Virus record (IMG/VR): IMGVR_UViG_3300037423_000850
Location: 1-32,657 of that record
Length of the DNA stretch: 32,657 bases
From: a virus
Lineage: Duplodnaviria > Caudoviricetes
Reading direction: 5' to 3' (one strand)
Shown here: in pieces, positions 18,421-27,997 of the stretch
How positions within the stretch are numbered: position 1 is the first letter of the stretch
How the letters are laid out: each line of letters begins with the position of its first letter
Made by a program: the position numbers and the translations under genes
The notes under the pieces: model-generated
Told to the model about the DNA's origin: nothing
The model's database searches: none
The model's input: only the letters and a program-made list of their open reading frames with translations

Positions 18421-20418
18421 ATGGCCGAGCCGTACCAGAGCCAGCTTGCACCCAATGCGACGCCGCTGCCGTTCATGCCTGCGGAGGGGCTGGCGGCGCC
18501 GGTCGCAGCCGGGGTCGAGCGCGCGGGCGACGCGGTCGACCGGACGATCCACGCGCTGAAAGAGCAGGACCGCGACAACCAGACCGCGGCCGCCGGGGTC
18601 CAGCTCGCGCAAGTCTCGGCGGCGATGGACAAATATTCGATCGATGCCCGCGAGCAGGCGGCGCCGGGCGGCGCCGGCCACTACCAGGCGGTGACGGCCG
18701 AGTTCGACCGCCAGGCCGACGCAGCGCTCGGCTCGATCCGCGACAAGAAGCTGCGCCAGGCGTTCACCCAGCGCTACGCGGAATTGAAGGAGCATATCGG
18801 CGGCCGCGAATATGGCTGGGAAGCGGGCCAGCGGGTCGACAAGCTGACCAGTGATTTCAGCGACATGGTCGACACGCTCGGCTCCGGGCAGGCGGCGAGC
18901 CCCGACGCGATCGGCCTCGACGTGTCGCTGAAAACGGTCGAGACGACGGCCCGCCACCTGGCGGTCGGCGCCGACGTCCAGGACGGACTGATCAAGGACG
19001 GCCAGCGCAAGATCGTGCTCGGTTGGGCGAACGCGATGCAGGACAAGGATCCGCATACGCTGGTCGCAGCGCTCGATAAGGGGCTGTTCAACCAATATCT
19101 GCAGCCGAACGACGTCGCGACGCTGCGCTCGGGCGGGCTGGTCGAGATCCGCCGGCTCGCGGCCGAGGACCGGGCGCAGAAGTCGCGCGAGGAAGCGCAG
19201 GCGCGCGAGACGGTCAACACCTTCATGGGCAAGCTGCCCGACGGCTACGTGCCGGGCGACGCCGAGACGAGCCAGATCGAGGGGCTGATCAGCAAGTACA
19301 AGCTCGACGACAAGGCGTGGGATCTCGGCGTGTGGAAGGAAAAGACGCTGATCAACCGCGAGACGCGGACCTGGCAGCCCGAGCAATGGCACAGCGAGAT
19401 CAACGCGCTCGAGGCGAAGGGCGACAAGCGCAGCCAGGCCGAGAACGTGCGGTTGAAGCTGCTCGAGGCCGCGGCGCCGGCGGCGATCTCCCGCTTCAAC
19501 GCAGACCCGTTCGCAGCGGCGGCCGCCGCAGGCTCGCCTGCGCCCGAGCTCAACCCGGCGGATCCGGCCTCGATCGAACGGCGTGTAACATGGGCACGCG
19601 CCTATGCGAAAAGCGCCGGGCTGGTGAACGTCCCCTACCTCAACAACGATGAAGTCAAGGATCTGCGCGACCGCGCCGGGCAGGGCACCGCCGGGCGGCT
19701 GCAAGTCGCATCGGAGATCCGCGGCCTGGTCGGCGCTGGCAGCGCCGGATCGGCGATCGCGCGCCAGGTCGATCCCAACAAGTCGCTGCAATTGATGGTC
19801 GGCCTGGCCCCGGTGTTCGCGCAGCAATATGCGGTCGGGTCCGAAGCGGTCAAAGGCGGAACGGTCAAGTTCGGGCTCGAGCCCGAGGACGCCGAGGCGA
19901 TCGATCAGGTATGGCAGCAATTCCAGGCGGCGGTGCCGGCGGAGATGCAGCCGGCGGTGAAGGACGCTGCACGCTCGATCGCCGCCGGAATGGCGGCGCA
20001 GCAGGGCAAGCCGTCGCTGACCGGCGACGAGCTCGCCGAATATTTCCGCATCGGCCTGCAGCGCGCCGGCGGGCTCGCCGGAACCTATTACGGCGCAGGC
20101 AACTCGCCGGGCGGGTTCGCGAGCTGGAACGGGCGCATGACCTGGCTCCCGCCGGCAATGACGCGGAGCGAGTTTCAGCGCCGCTTGAGCCGCGCCGGCG
20201 AGGCCGAATGGAGCCACGCCGCGGGCGGAGCGCCGTTCTACATGGGCGGCGACGGCAAGCTGGTCAAAATGAGCAAGGCGCAGATCGGGCATTTGCGCGA
20301 CTATCAGCTCGAGACGGTCAACCCCGGCCTCTATCGCCTGGTCGGTCCAGACGGCGGGCACGTCGTCGACGCGCACGGCCAGCCCTGGCAGTTCGATATC
20401 CGGCAGTTGGGGCACTAA
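18421..20418 (+). CDS. internal virion (ejection) protein, gp15-like (665 aa)
   Basis: Long helical Ala-rich ORF in the ejectosome position. Confidence 0.7.
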   Translation: MAEPYQSQLAPNATPLPFMPAEGLAAPVAAGVERAGDAVDRTIHALKEQDRDNQTAAAGVQLAQVSAAMDKYSIDAREQAAPGGAGHYQAVTAEFDRQADAALGSIRDKKLRQAFTQRYAELKEHIGGREYGWEAGQRVDKLTSDFSDMVDTLGSGQAASPDAIGLDVSLKTVETTARHLAVGADVQDGLIKDGQRKIVLGWANAMQDKDPHTLVAALDKGLFNQYLQPNDVATLRSGGLVEIRRLAAEDRAQKSREEAQARETVNTFMGKLPDGYVPGDAETSQIEGLISKYKLDDKAWDLGVWKEKTLINRETRTWQPEQWHSEINALEAKGDKRSQAENVRLKLLEAAAPAAISRFNADPFAAAAAAGSPAPELNPADPASIERRVTWARAYAKSAGLVNVPYLNNDEVKDLRDRAGQGTAGRLQVASEIRGLVGAGSAGSAIARQVDPNKSLQLMVGLAPVFAQQYAVGSEAVKGGTVKFGLEPEDAEAIDQVWQQFQAAVPAEMQPAVKDAARSIAAGMAAQQGKPSLTGDELAEYFRIGLQRAGGLAGTYYGAGNSPGGFASWNGRMTWLPPAMTRSEFQRRLSRAGEAEWSHAAGGAPFYMGGDGKLVKMSKAQIGHLRDYQLETVNPGLYRLVGPDGGHVVDAHGQPWQFDIRQLGH

Positions 20419-23400
20419 TGGCGACCGATCCCGATCGCGCGCTGCACGCCGCACGGGCGGGGCTGTACAAGCCCGGTGCGATCGCGCCCGGTCAGGGCAC
20501 GATCGCCGACACGATCGAGGCGGTGCCCGATCTCAAGCCGGTGCGGCCGACGGCTGCGCCGATCGAGGATCCGGCGAGCCTCGGCGACGTGTTCCACGCC
20601 TCGAGCCAGCTCGCGCAGGACGATAGCAGCGTCGCCGACGATCATCGCATCGCCGAGGGCTATGCACCGATCATCGAAGCGCTCGGCCTTCCGACCAGCG
20701 AGAACCCGGCGGAGTTCGGCGATCTCGACGCCGCCGGCGTCGCCCGGTTCGGCAATGCCGGCGATCGCCTGTCGCAGCTCGCAACCGCCGCCAGGCGCGG
20801 CTCAACCACGTTCGGCAACAGCTACATGGCCGACCGTGCGCTGCAGGAATATCTGGTCGCCGAGCAGATCCGCAAGCGCCGCGCGGCCGATCCCAAGTTC
20901 CTGCCCGGCGTGCCGGATACGGTCGACGGGCTGCACAAATATTTCCTCGAGCGGCAGAAGGCGCGCCGCGCGGCCGACCAGGCGACGCTGGCGAGCGGCC
21001 CCGGCGGGATCAGCGGCTTCGCCGCGCAGCTCGGCGGCGGCGCGGTCGGCACGTTCCACGATCCGCTCAATATCCTGACGCTGCCGCTCGGCGGCGGCGG
21101 CAAGACCTTGCTCGGGATCGCGGCGCGCGAGGCGCTGGTCAACGGGATGCTCGAGCTCGCGCAGCAGCCGATCGTCGCGCACAACCGCGACGAGCTCGGC
21201 GAGCATCTGACCGCCGGCGAAGCGTTGACCAACAGCGCCACGGCGGCGGTCGGCGGGGCGGTGCTTGGCACCGGGCTTCACCTGGGCGGAAAGGCGGCGA
21301 GCCGGTTCGTCGGCAACGTCGATCTTGCCAACAGCCGGGCCTACAAGATCTTCGCGGCGCTGCCGCAGCGGTTGAAGGAAAAATGGGGCGCCGGCGTCGT
21401 GCCCAAGTGGGGCAAGCGCATCGCCGAGGGCGACACGCTCAATGACGTGTTCGGGGAGCTCGACAACCGCGAGCTGGCCGACGTCAGCCGCGAAGTGATC
21501 GGCGCCGACAAAATGAGCCCGGACGAAGCCGCCGCCGGCCATGTGATCGAGCGCGCGCAGGAGGTGAGCGAAAGCTCGCCCTATCAGCCCGGTCCCGCCG
21601 GCGACGGCACCCACGAACAGGGCTTGGCCGCCGCGCTCAAGCAAATCGAGGACGGCGCGGATCCTATAGCCGCTAATGACTATATCGGCCGAGATCCCGC
21701 ACAGCCGGGAACGACTATGCGCGATTCCGCCATAGACGGATCCGGCGATGCGCGATCGCTGAATGAGACAGCCGGGGCGGATCGTTCAGCACCGATCCCG
21801 GCGCGGCCGCGGGGCGCGTCCACCGCTCCGCGGCCGCAATTGCCGGATGAAGCGATCGACCGCTACATCGCGAAAAGCCGCCACGTCGAAAGCAGCGGCA
21901 ACGACGCGGCCGACAATCCGCTCTCCTCGGCCGACGGGCGGTTTCAGATCACCGACGGTACGTTCCGCAGCTATTACCAACGGCTGTTCGGAAGCGACCC
22001 GGGCGCGCACCCGGCGAAGGCGGTCAAGAACGATCCGGCGACCCAGGAAAAGATCATGGCCGCGCTGACGCGTGACAATGCCGCGCACCTGGCGTCGATC
22101 GGCGAGGCGGTCAACGACGGCAATCTCTACCTCGAGCATTTCCTTGGGCAGGGCGACGCGGCCAAGGTGTTCAAGGCCGCCGCCGACACGCCGATCGAGC
22201 GCGTGCTGCCCGAAGCCGTGCTGCACGCCAACCCGTTCCTCAAGGGCAAGTCGGCGTCGGAGACGATCGCCTGGGCGCACGCCAGGATGGGCGCTGCGGT
22301 GCCGTCGGTCGGGGCGAAGCCGGGTTATGCCTCGACCCTCGACGCCGGCGGCGACGATCCGCGCGTGGCGCAGCTCCGCGCCGAGGCGCTGCAGCTCGAC
22401 GACAGTGTGATCGGGGCGACCCGGCGGCTCGATGGATCCCCGGTCAACCTCTATTCGACCCGCGTCGACGCCGGGCGGATCCTCGTCGACGCCGACCGCT
22501 TCCAGTTCAAGAGCGGCGGCGACGCTTCCGGCGTCACCGACCGCCTCAAGGGCGTCAGCGAATGGGATCCGGCGCTGGCCGGGCGGGTGATGCTGTGGGA
22601 GGACGAAGCCGGCAAGCTGTTCGTCGCCGACGGGCACCAGCGCGTCGGGCTCGCCAAGCGGATCGGCGCCGATACGCCGGTCGATGCGATGATCTTCCGC
22701 GCGGCCGACGGGGTGAGCGCCGAGGAAGCGCGCACGCTCGCGGCGTTGAAGAACGTCGCCGAAGGCACGGGCAGCGCGATCGACGCGGCCAAGGTGGTTC
22801 GCGGCGCCGACATGGAGGCGCTGCTCAAGCGGCTTCCGCCCAGGTCGGCGCTGGTCCGCGACGCCGGCGCGCTGGCGCGATTGAGCGACGACGCGTTCGG
22901 CGCAGTCTATAACGGGGTGGTGGCGCCCGATATCGCCGCGGTGATCGGCCATTTGCTGCCGAACAATCCCGAGCAGCACGGCGCGCTGATCGACCTTCTC
23001 GCCAAGACCGACCCGGCGACGCGCGGGCAGGCCGAGAGCATTGTCCGCCAGGGGATCGCCGCCGGCTTCCACCATGAAGTCCAGGACGAATTGTTCGGCG
23101 CGCGCGACGTCGCCAGTTCCTTGATGCTCGAGCGCGCCAAGCTGCTCGAGAAAGGGCTTGCCGAATTGCGGAAAATGCGGTTGGTGCACAAGACCGCCGC
23201 CGAGAACAAGGGCGCGCTCGAGAAGGCGGGATCGACGATCGCCGCGGAGCGCAGCGCAGAGGAGGCACAAGCCAATGCCCAGGCAGTCGAGATCGTCAAC
23301 CGGCTCGCGTTCCGCGGCGGACCCGTCGCCGACGCGCTCGCCAATGGCGGACAGCTCGGACCCCTCGCCCGACAATTCGCCGATGCTGTCCGGGGGCTCG

Positions 23401-23750
23401 ATCTCCGAAAGCTCGATGATGGAAGCGGTGGGGAATTTGATGGAGGCGGACGCCTCGGCGGTGCTGGCGAAGCGGAGCCGGCAGTTCGCGAGGAACAAGC
23501 AGATCGCGAGCAGCCGAGCCTACTCGAGCTAGAGCAGGCCACCGAGCGCTTTTCGGACCCCGACGGGAAGGCGGTTAAGCAGCAGGCGGAAAGCCTGGTG
23601 CATGATCTAAAAGCTGACGTCTCCACAAAGGCGGCTCCATCGCTCGACCGCGACCAGCTCGGGCTCGAGCTCGACGACGAAGCCCGCTCGCTCCTCGACG
23701 AATTGGACGCCGACGACAAGGCGATCAAAGCCATGAAGGATTGTCTGTGA
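20418..23750 (+). CDS. large internal virion protein (1110 aa) with lytic-transglycosylase-like and ParB/Srx-like domains
   Basis: ATG overlaps the upstream TAA; VESSGN...SSADGRFQITDGTF...LYLEHFLGQG; DRFQFK...WDP..AG.VMLWED..GKLFVADGHQR. Confidence 0.75.
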   Translation: MATDPDRALHAARAGLYKPGAIAPGQGTIADTIEAVPDLKPVRPTAAPIEDPASLGDVFHASSQLAQDDSSVADDHRIAEGYAPIIEALGLPTSENPAEFGDLDAAGVARFGNAGDRLSQLATAARRGSTTFGNSYMADRALQEYLVAEQIRKRRAADPKFLPGVPDTVDGLHKYFLERQKARRAADQATLASGPGGISGFAAQLGGGAVGTFHDPLNILTLPLGGGGKTLLGIAAREALVNGMLELAQQPIVAHNRDELGEHLTAGEALTNSATAAVGGAVLGTGLHLGGKAASRFVGNVDLANSRAYKIFAALPQRLKEKWGAGVVPKWGKRIAEGDTLNDVFGELDNRELADVSREVIGADKMSPDEAAAGHVIERAQEVSESSPYQPGPAGDGTHEQGLAAALKQIEDGADPIAANDYIGRDPAQPGTTMRDSAIDGSGDARSLNETAGADRSAPIPARPRGASTAPRPQLPDEAIDRYIAKSRHVESSGNDAADNPLSSADGRFQITDGTFRSYYQRLFGSDPGAHPAKAVKNDPATQEKIMAALTRDNAAHLASIGEAVNDGNLYLEHFLGQGDAAKVFKAAADTPIERVLPEAVLHANPFLKGKSASETIAWAHARMGAAVPSVGAKPGYASTLDAGGDDPRVAQLRAEALQLDDSVIGATRRLDGSPVNLYSTRVDAGRILVDADRFQFKSGGDASGVTDRLKGVSEWDPALAGRVMLWEDEAGKLFVADGHQRVGLAKRIGADTPVDAMIFRAADGVSAEEARTLAALKNVAEGTGSAIDAAKVVRGADMEALLKRLPPRSALVRDAGALARLSDDAFGAVYNGVVAPDIAAVIGHLLPNNPEQHGALIDLLAKTDPATRGQAESIVRQGIAAGFHHEVQDELFGARDVASSLMLERAKLLEKGLAELRKMRLVHKTAAENKGALEKAGSTIAAERSAEEAQANAQAVEIVNRLAFRGGPVADALANGGQLGPLARQFADAVRGLDLRKLDDGSGGEFDGGGRLGGAGEAEPAVREEQADREQPSLLELEQATERFSDPDGKAVKQQAESLVHDLKADVSTKAAPSLDRDQLGLELDDEARSLLDELDADDKAIKAMKDCL
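23344..23532 (+). CDS. possible overprinted ORF (62 aa, MADSSDPSPDNS...)
   Basis: Alternate frame has almost all G/C-ending codons while the main frame becomes A/T-ending; no clear RBS. Confidence 0.4.
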   Translation: MADSSDPSPDNSPMLSGGSISESSMMEAVGNLMEADASAVLAKRSRQFARNKQIASSRAYSS

Positions 23751-23758
23751 TGGGGTGC

Positions 23759-23836
23759 GGCCGCCGACGGGAGTCGAACCCGCTACAGACCAGTCCACTA
23801 GGGAAACCCGCGCTCTATCCGGTGAGCTACGACGGC
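23759..23836 (-). ncRNA. tRNA-like element with non-canonical anticodon arm
   Basis: Acceptor GCCGTCG/CGGCGGC, T8A9, D-arm GCTC-ACCGGATA-GAGC, T-arm GCGGG-TTCGACT-CCCGT; 27-nt atypical central arm. Confidence 0.7.
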
Positions 23837-23874
23837 CGCGCTGGTCGTGTAACACGCTCCCTTGACGGTGATCA

Positions 23875-26349
23875 ATGAGCCTCGACCGCTGCCTCCCGGA
23901 TCTCGAGCGCAAGGGCGAGCTCGATATCGGCCGATCGAAGGAAGCGCGCGAGCTGTACGACGAGCTCAAGCGCTTCTACGGCCGCACCCACGACGACGCG
24001 ACCGCGGCGGCGCTGGCGTCGCAGCGGACGATCGAGCGGCTCGAGGCGGCGGCCGCGCACAAGAAGGCCAATGCGGTGCGCGAGATCCAGCGCCGCCACG
24101 TCGCGCTGTTGAAGATGCGGACCTATGACGGCGGCGATCCCGCCGGCACCGGGCCGGTCGATCCGCGCGGCGCGGTCGCCTTGTTCTCGTTCGACGAGAA
24201 GGCCGGGCACAGCGATACGGTCGAAGCGCGGTGGAAGGCGGTCAAGGGCCAGGCGCACGCGATGGTCGCCGACGTGCTCAACACCTTCCGCCACAACCTG
24301 ATCGGCAATATCCGCAACAAGGCCGAAGCGTTCGACCTGGTGCGCGAGATCTACAAGCCGGGGTCGACCGGCAATGCCAACGCGCGCGAGCTCGGCGAGG
24401 CGTTCACCAAGGCGGCCGAGTGGCTGCGATCGCGCTTCAACGCCGCCGGCGGAGCGATCGGCAAGATCGAAGGCTGGTTCCCGCAGATGCACAACGCGCG
24501 GCTGATCCGCGACGCCGGGTTCGAGGCGTGGCGCGACTTCATCACGCCGCTGCTCGACCGGTCGAAGATCGTCGACCGCCTGACCGGCGAGCCGTTCACG
24601 ACGGAAGCGTTCGAGCCGTTCCTGCGCGGCGTGTGGGAAACGCTGCGCACCGACGGATGGAGCAAGGTCAGCGAAGGCGCAGCCGGCGGCAAGATGCTCG
24701 CCAACCAGCGCGCCGATCACCGCGTGCTGCACTTCGCCGACGGCGACGCCTGGCTCGCCTACAACCAGCGCTTCGGGCAGGGCAATCCGTTCGAGGCGAT
24801 GGTCGGCCATATCGAGGGCATGAGCCGCGATATCGCGCTGATGGAGATCCTCGGCCCCAACCCGGCGGGGTTCATGCGCTGGATCCAGGACGCGATCCGC
24901 AAGTCGGCGCAGCTCGACGCTTCGCCGGGGACCAAGGCGATCGCTCGGGCCGACAAGTACGCGCCGAAGCTGCAGCGGCTCTACGACGAAGTGACCGGGG
25001 CGCTGCGCCGCCCGGAAAGCGAGGCGATCGCGCTCGGCTTCTCGACCTTCCGCGCGGTCCAGACGTCGGCCAAATTGGGCTCGGCGGTGCTCTCGGCGCT
25101 GCCGACCGACCCGGCGTTCGGGGCGATCACCCGGAAGTTCAACGGGATCCCGATGTGGCGCATGGTCGGGAGCTACGCCAAGCAATTGAACCCGCTGTCC
25201 GACGGCGACCGGATGAAGGCGCTGCGATCGGGCCTGATCGGCGAGGAATGGGCGCACATGATGAGCGCCAGCTATCGCTACCTCAACGAGGAAATGACCG
25301 GCGAAGTCGCGCGGCGGATGAGCCAGGCGGTGCTGCGCGCCTCGGGCCTGTCATGGTTCACCCAGGCGGGCCGCTGGGCGTTCGGGATGGACATTCTCGG
25401 CCATTTGACCGCCGAGAGCCACAAGAGCTTCGGCGAGCTCGACGGCGCGCTGCAGCGGGCGTTCCAGCGCCACGGCATCACCCCGGACCATTGGGACGTC
25501 ATTCGCAAGGCGCCGCTCGAGGTGCACGCCGGGGCAGGCTGGATCTATCCGCACAACGTCGAGGACCGTTCGGCGGGCGGAGCGGCCGACAAGCTGCTGC
25601 AGTTCATCCACACCGAAGTCAATTTCGCGGTGCCGACGGCGGACCTCGAGACGCGAGCGATGATCAACGGCAACCTCCCGCGCGGGACGTGGACCGGCGA
25701 GCTGCTGCGATCGGGCTTCCTGTTCAAGACGTTCGGGATCTCGGTCATTCTGATGCACGGCCGCCGGATGCTCAATCGCAACCTTCCGGGAACGATGGGC
25801 TATGCCGCGGCGCTGGTCGCGCTGACCATGCTCGGCGGCGCGGCCGCGCTCGAATTGAAGGAAGTCGCCAAGGGCAAGGATTGGCGGCCGTTTCCCAAGG
25901 GCGCGCAGGACCGGGCGAAGTTCGTCGGCGCGGCAATGGCGCAGGGTGGCGGCTTCGGCATCTTCGGCGACTTCTTCTATTCGGGCACCAACCGCTTCGG
26001 CGGCGGCTTCGCGGGAACGCTCGCCGGGCCGCAGGCGGGCACCGCGCAGAACGTGTTCAACCTCGGCTACAGCACCGCCAACCGCTACGTGTTCGGCGAC
26101 AGAAAGGCGCGGCCAGGGCGCGACGTGGTGACGCTGCTGCGCCAGGAAACGCCGGGCTCTAGCCTGTGGTTCTCCCGCGTTGCATTTGAACGCGAAATAG
26201 CGGATCAATTGCAGGAGGAGCTCGACCCGAAATATCGGGAGAGCTGGCGTGTTACACGGCGCAATGCGCGCAAGCAGGGACAGGATTTCTGGTGGGAGCC
26301 TGGCGCGACGGCGCCGAAGCGGGCTCCCCGGCTTGGGGGGGATCAATGA
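23875..26349 (+). CDS. internal virion (ejection) protein (824 aa)
   Basis: WFPQMH, HRVLHFADGDAWLAYNQRFG, RDIALMEILGPNP, QGGGFGIFGDF motifs; last gene before the fibre. Confidence 0.75.
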   Translation: MSLDRCLPDLERKGELDIGRSKEARELYDELKRFYGRTHDDATAAALASQRTIERLEAAAAHKKANAVREIQRRHVALLKMRTYDGGDPAGTGPVDPRGAVALFSFDEKAGHSDTVEARWKAVKGQAHAMVADVLNTFRHNLIGNIRNKAEAFDLVREIYKPGSTGNANARELGEAFTKAAEWLRSRFNAAGGAIGKIEGWFPQMHNARLIRDAGFEAWRDFITPLLDRSKIVDRLTGEPFTTEAFEPFLRGVWETLRTDGWSKVSEGAAGGKMLANQRADHRVLHFADGDAWLAYNQRFGQGNPFEAMVGHIEGMSRDIALMEILGPNPAGFMRWIQDAIRKSAQLDASPGTKAIARADKYAPKLQRLYDEVTGALRRPESEAIALGFSTFRAVQTSAKLGSAVLSALPTDPAFGAITRKFNGIPMWRMVGSYAKQLNPLSDGDRMKALRSGLIGEEWAHMMSASYRYLNEEMTGEVARRMSQAVLRASGLSWFTQAGRWAFGMDILGHLTAESHKSFGELDGALQRAFQRHGITPDHWDVIRKAPLEVHAGAGWIYPHNVEDRSAGGAADKLLQFIHTEVNFAVPTADLETRAMINGNLPRGTWTGELLRSGFLFKTFGISVILMHGRRMLNRNLPGTMGYAAALVALTMLGGAAALELKEVAKGKDWRPFPKGAQDRAKFVGAAMAQGGGFGIFGDFFYSGTNRFGGGFAGTLAGPQAGTAQNVFNLGYSTANRYVFGDRKARPGRDVVTLLRQETPGSSLWFSRVAFEREIADQLQEELDPKYRESWRVTRRNARKQGQDFWWEPGATAPKRAPRLGGDQ

Positions 26350-27593
26350 CGGTAGCCACCTACGCGGCGCAACCGCCGCGCGACGATATTGTCGAGGACG
26401 GCGTTACGACCGTTCACTCGATCCCGTTCAAGTTCTTCGATGCGGCGGAGATCGTCGTCACCCGGATCCTGGTCGACGGAACCGAGATCCTGCTCGCGCA
26501 GCCGACCCACTACAGCGTCACCGGCGGCGCGGTCGACGGGGTTGCGGCGCTGGGATCGATCACCAAGGTCAACGGCGGGATCGACGGCGCGACGCTGCGC
26601 ATCGACCGCAACACGGCGCTTAGCCAGCTCGTCGTCTATGACCCGACCGACGACTTCCCGGCGCGCAGCCACCAGGAAGCAATCGACCGCCTGGAAATGC
26701 AGATCCAGGAGATCCGCCGCGACCTGATCACCCGCGCCGACGTGGTTGCGATCATCCTCGCGACCCTGATCCCCGGAACCGGGATCGACTTCGACGTCGA
26801 CGAGGAAGGCGGGACGATCACGATCAACAACACCATGCTTGACCCGGCGGTGCTGGCGCAGACGATCTACAATATCCTCAACGAAGGCGCCGGGATCGAT
26901 ATCACCCTCGACGAGATCCGCAACCTGATCACGATTACCGCCGCGCAGCTCGACGATCTGCCCGATTGCGTGATGCTGTCGGGCGACCAGCAAACCTATG
27001 ACGGCGCGTTCGCCGGTTCGGGCGGGTCGGGCCTGACCACCGAGGACGTGCAGGATATCGTCGGCGGGATGATCCTCAACGGAACCGGGATCACCAAGGC
27101 GTACGACGATACCGCCGGCACGCTGACGATCGGCTGCTCGGTGACGCCGTACACCGACGAACAGGCGCGCGACGCGCTCGGCACAGCGCTTCAATCCGGG
27201 ACGCTGATCGCGCTGGTCGACGACGACGCCGGCGACCATATCACGATCAACTCGACCGCGCTCGCGCCGGCCTATGCCGGCGTGGTTCCGGCGGACCATG
27301 CCGGTGCGTTCGCCTTCACCAACGCGATGAACGGCCTGTCGACCAACTGGACCGGCGGAGCGGCCGCGATCACGATCGATCCCGAAGCGACGACTGCGCT
27401 GGCCGACGGTTGGGCGCACGTCGTGCGCAACAATGGCTCGGCCGCGATCACGATCCATCGCGGCGCCGGGGTCAGCCTCCACGTCAACGGCGCAACCGCG
27501 TCGGCCGACGCGACGATCGCGGTCGGCGGGGTGGCGACGATCAACCGCTGGGGCGACGACGATTTCACGATCGTCGGACCGGGTGTTTCGTGA
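26346..27593 (+). CDS. tail fibre protein with T7 gp17-like N-terminal anchor (415 aa)
   Basis: DGVTTVHSIPFKFFD...LRIDRNT...FPARSHQEAIDRL anchor motif followed by repeated modules. Confidence 0.8.
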   Translation: MTVATYAAQPPRDDIVEDGVTTVHSIPFKFFDAAEIVVTRILVDGTEILLAQPTHYSVTGGAVDGVAALGSITKVNGGIDGATLRIDRNTALSQLVVYDPTDDFPARSHQEAIDRLEMQIQEIRRDLITRADVVAIILATLIPGTGIDFDVDEEGGTITINNTMLDPAVLAQTIYNILNEGAGIDITLDEIRNLITITAAQLDDLPDCVMLSGDQQTYDGAFAGSGGSGLTTEDVQDIVGGMILNGTGITKAYDDTAGTLTIGCSVTPYTDEQARDALGTALQSGTLIALVDDDAGDHITINSTALAPAYAGVVPADHAGAFAFTNAMNGLSTNWTGGAAAITIDPEATTALADGWAHVVRNNGSAAITIHRGAGVSLHVNGATASADATIAVGGVATINRWGDDDFTIVGPGVS

Positions 27594-27997
27594 GCGCTGG
27601 CTCGATCATGCCACATTTCGTTCCGTCGGCGATCGTCGACGGCGCGATCACCTTTGTCGGAACCTCGGTCGACGGCACGCAATATGCGGAATGGACGATC
27701 TCGTTCGACGGTTTCACTTATGAACGCGATACCGCCGGCGCAGCCGACCAGGCCGCCGCGTGGATCGACCCGCAAGTCGGAATGGGATTGTACCAGGTCC
27801 GCGCGACGCTGGTCAGCGGTCGCCCGCCGGCGGGCACGTTCGGAACCTGGCTCCCGCTGTCGGATGCGTGGACTTGGGGCTACGCGGGCGCAACCACTGA
27901 GAAAGAGTGCAACATCACGATCGAGATCCGCCGCGCGAGCGACGGGGTGATCGTCGGCAGCGGGTCGGTGGATCTGCTGGTGACGGGCATCGAATGA
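27590..27997 (+). CDS. fibre-associated hypothetical protein (135 aa)
   Basis: GTGA overlap with the fibre stop; beta-rich. Confidence 0.65.
   Translation: MSAGSIMPHFVPSAIVDGAITFVGTSVDGTQYAEWTISFDGFTYERDTAGAADQAAAWIDPQVGMGLYQVRATLVSGRPPAGTFGTWLPLSDAWTWGYAGATTEKECNITIEIRRASDGVIVGSGSVDLLVTGIE

Noticed and set aside
23759-23836. Calling the element a functional tRNA-Gly(CCC), tRNA-Arg(CCT) or amber (CTA) suppressor
   Set aside because: The anticodon stem does not pair canonically, so no anticodon can be assigned.
23862-23867. TTGACG after the 23845 palindrome as the -35 box for the 824-aa gene
   Set aside because: It lies only 7 nt before the ATG, leaving no room for a -10 box and start site.
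7147-26346. Many long minus-strand ORFs (e.g. 9658..11229, 14989..17229, 18019..20454, 21786..23498)
   Set aside because: Antisense shadows of GC3-rich real genes; the products are Arg/Gly/Pro-rich with no recognisable motifs.
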